From an uncultured Ectothiorhodospiraceae bacterium (GTDB lineage Bacteria > Pseudomonadota > Gammaproteobacteria > UBA9214): DNA of 64,000 nucleotides. Position 1 is the stretch's first letter. Each line of letters begins with the position of its first letter. Positions 62,675 to 64,000 of this stretch are shown here, in pieces. The notes under the pieces are model-generated. The model was given only the letters and a program-made list of their open reading frames with translations, searched no databases and had not been told where the DNA came from. The stretch spans positions 35,565 to 99,564 of the forward strand of contig CAMYMI010000007.1 of NCBI GenBank assembly GCA_947259415.1, written 5' to 3'. Made by a program: the position numbers and the translations under genes.

Positions 62675-63999
62675 CCGGTCTCGCCTTTCGCCTCCATCAC
62701 GGCACGCAGTTCGTTGATGACATCGCGCGCCGTCAAGCCGCGTTCACCGGTGAGCGCGGCGCGGTCACCTGCGAACCCGTGCACGCAGACCCCCGCCGCT
62801 GCCGCCTGCCACAGGCCCAGACCCTGGGCCGCCAATCCGGCGATGACCCCGCTGAGGACATCACCCATGCCAGCCGTCGCCATCCCCGGATTACCGACCG
62901 CACACACCGTGACCGGAGTGGCCGTACGGGCCACCAGCGAGCCGGCTCCCTTCAGCACCGCCGTGCCGCCGTAGCTGGTGGCCAGGGCGGATGCCGCAGC
63001 GAAACGGTCGATCTGGATATCCCGGGCGGAAATCTTCAGCAGGCGTCCCGCCTCGCCCGGATGCGGTGTCAGCACCCAGTTGTCACGGGTTTCCGGCTCC
63101 CGGGCCAGCAGGTTCAAGGCATCGGCGTCCACGATCAACGGCAAATCGGTGTCCAGCACCGCGGCAAGCAATCCCCGGGCCCAGCGTGACTGGCCGAGGC
63201 CAGGCCCGACAACGACAATGCTGGCGCGCTTTAACAGGGGCGCAAGTTGGCCAGCCTCGGCAACCCCATGGCTCATCAGCTCCGGGCTGGCAGCCGCGAT
63301 CATTGCCGCATGCTCCGGCCGGGTGGCAAGACTAACCAGACCCGTGCCGACACGCAGGGCCGCCATGCCCGCCAGCTGCACGGCCCCGGTCATCCCGGGG
63401 GCACCGCCAACGACCAGAACGTGACCGTTGTGGCCCTTGTGCGCCGTGCGTGAACGCGGCCGTGCCAGCCTCCCCAGGGGCGGCTCGCTGAGCAACTGCG
63501 CGGCCGGTACGACCTGCGGGTAGACAGACGCCGGTATATTGAGGTCGTTGAAATTGACCTTGCCGGCGTATTCAGGACCATCGCCGGTGTACAGTCCCTG
63601 CTTGCGGCCGATGAAGGTCACGGTATGGCATGCCTTTATGCTGGCACCCAGCGCCGTCCCGCTGTCACTATGCAGGCCAGTGGGGATATCGATGGCCAAT
63701 ACCGGGGTCGACGCACCATTGATTGCCTCGACCACTGCCCGCCATTCCCCCTCCAGGGGCCGTTCCAGCCCGGTACCCAGCAGGGCATCGACGATTACAT
63801 CCGCGCGCGCGAGGGATTTCTCGTCAAAGCTGTGTTCCTCGCCGCCCGCTGCCAGCCAGTCATTGCGCGCGCTCAGGGCATCACCTGTCATGCGGCCGGC
63901 GTCACCCAGCTGGATCACCCGGCTCTGACAGCCGGACTCCTGTGCCAGGCGCGCCACCACATAGCCGTCGCCGCCGTTATTGCCGGTGCCACAGGCCAC
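62671..63999 (-). CDS. nnr: bifunctional NAD(P)H-hydrate repair enzyme Nnr (YjeF), 5' end beyond window
   Basis: YjeF N (epimerase) and C (dehydratase) domains; the ORF runs to the window edge. Confidence 0.85.
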   Translation of the reverse strand: MACGTGNNGGDGYVVARLAQESGCQSRVIQLGDAGRMTGDALSARNDWLAAGGEEHSFDEKSLARADVIVDALLGTGLERPLEGEWRAVVEAINGASTPVLAIDIPTGLHSDSGTALGASIKACHTVTFIGRKQGLYTGDGPEYAGKVNFNDLNIPASVYPQVVPAAQLLSEPPLGRLARPRSRTAHKGHNGHVLVVGGAPGMTGAVQLAGMAALRVGTGLVSLATRPEHAAMIAAASPELMSHGVAEAGQLAPLLKRASIVVVGPGLGQSRWARGLLAAVLDTDLPLIVDADALNLLAREPETRDNWVLTPHPGEAGRLLKISARDIQIDRFAAASALATSYGGTAVLKGAGSLVARTATPVTVCAVGNPGMATAGMGDVLSGVIAGLAAQGLGLWQAAAAGVCVHGFAGDRAALTGERGLTARDVINELRAVMEAKGETG

Positions 64000-64000
64000 T

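Overview
This 64 kb window is high-GC (about 60-65%) chromosomal DNA from a gammaproteobacterium whose housekeeping gene order matches the Pseudomonas arrangement. Three conserved core blocks are present: ogt/rplS-trmD-rimM-rpsP-ffh with divergent ypjD-corB-msrB; radA/alr-dnaB/rplI-rpsR-rpsF/rlmB-rnr/tRNA-Leu; and purA-hisZ-hflCKX-hfq-miaA-mutL-amiB-tsaE-nnr. Between tRNA-Leu (19.6 kb) and purA (50.6 kb), where rnr and purA are adjacent in related genomes, lies a ~31 kb accessory segment with no integrase or phage genes. It carries a YbbAP/MacAB-like efflux system and an RNA-repair/ribosome-rescue cluster (HPF, archease, RtcB, DUF72, PolX, a Host_attach/bacterial-eRF1-like protein, a beta-CASP RNase). 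It also carries an archaeal-type fructose-1,6-bisphosphate aldolase/phosphatase, a LonC-like protease with a degenerate Walker A, and a respiratory module (TlpA, cytochrome b, octaheme cytochrome c, two paralogous monoheme cytochromes behind an FNR-type box). The most interesting non-coding signals are: (i) a consensus sigma-54 promoter and an intrinsic terminator bracketing a ~180-nt candidate sRNA with A-rich ARN/CA motifs in an unusually long AT-rich rpsP-ffh spacer; (ii) a ~90-130 nt dispersed repeat present twice, one copy supplying the last 16 codons and stop of rlmB, the other in a 516-bp structured spacer that splits archease from rtcB. No CRISPR arrays, IS elements, integrases or rRNA genes were seen. 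All calls come from reading the six-frame translations and the raw sequence; no database searches were run.
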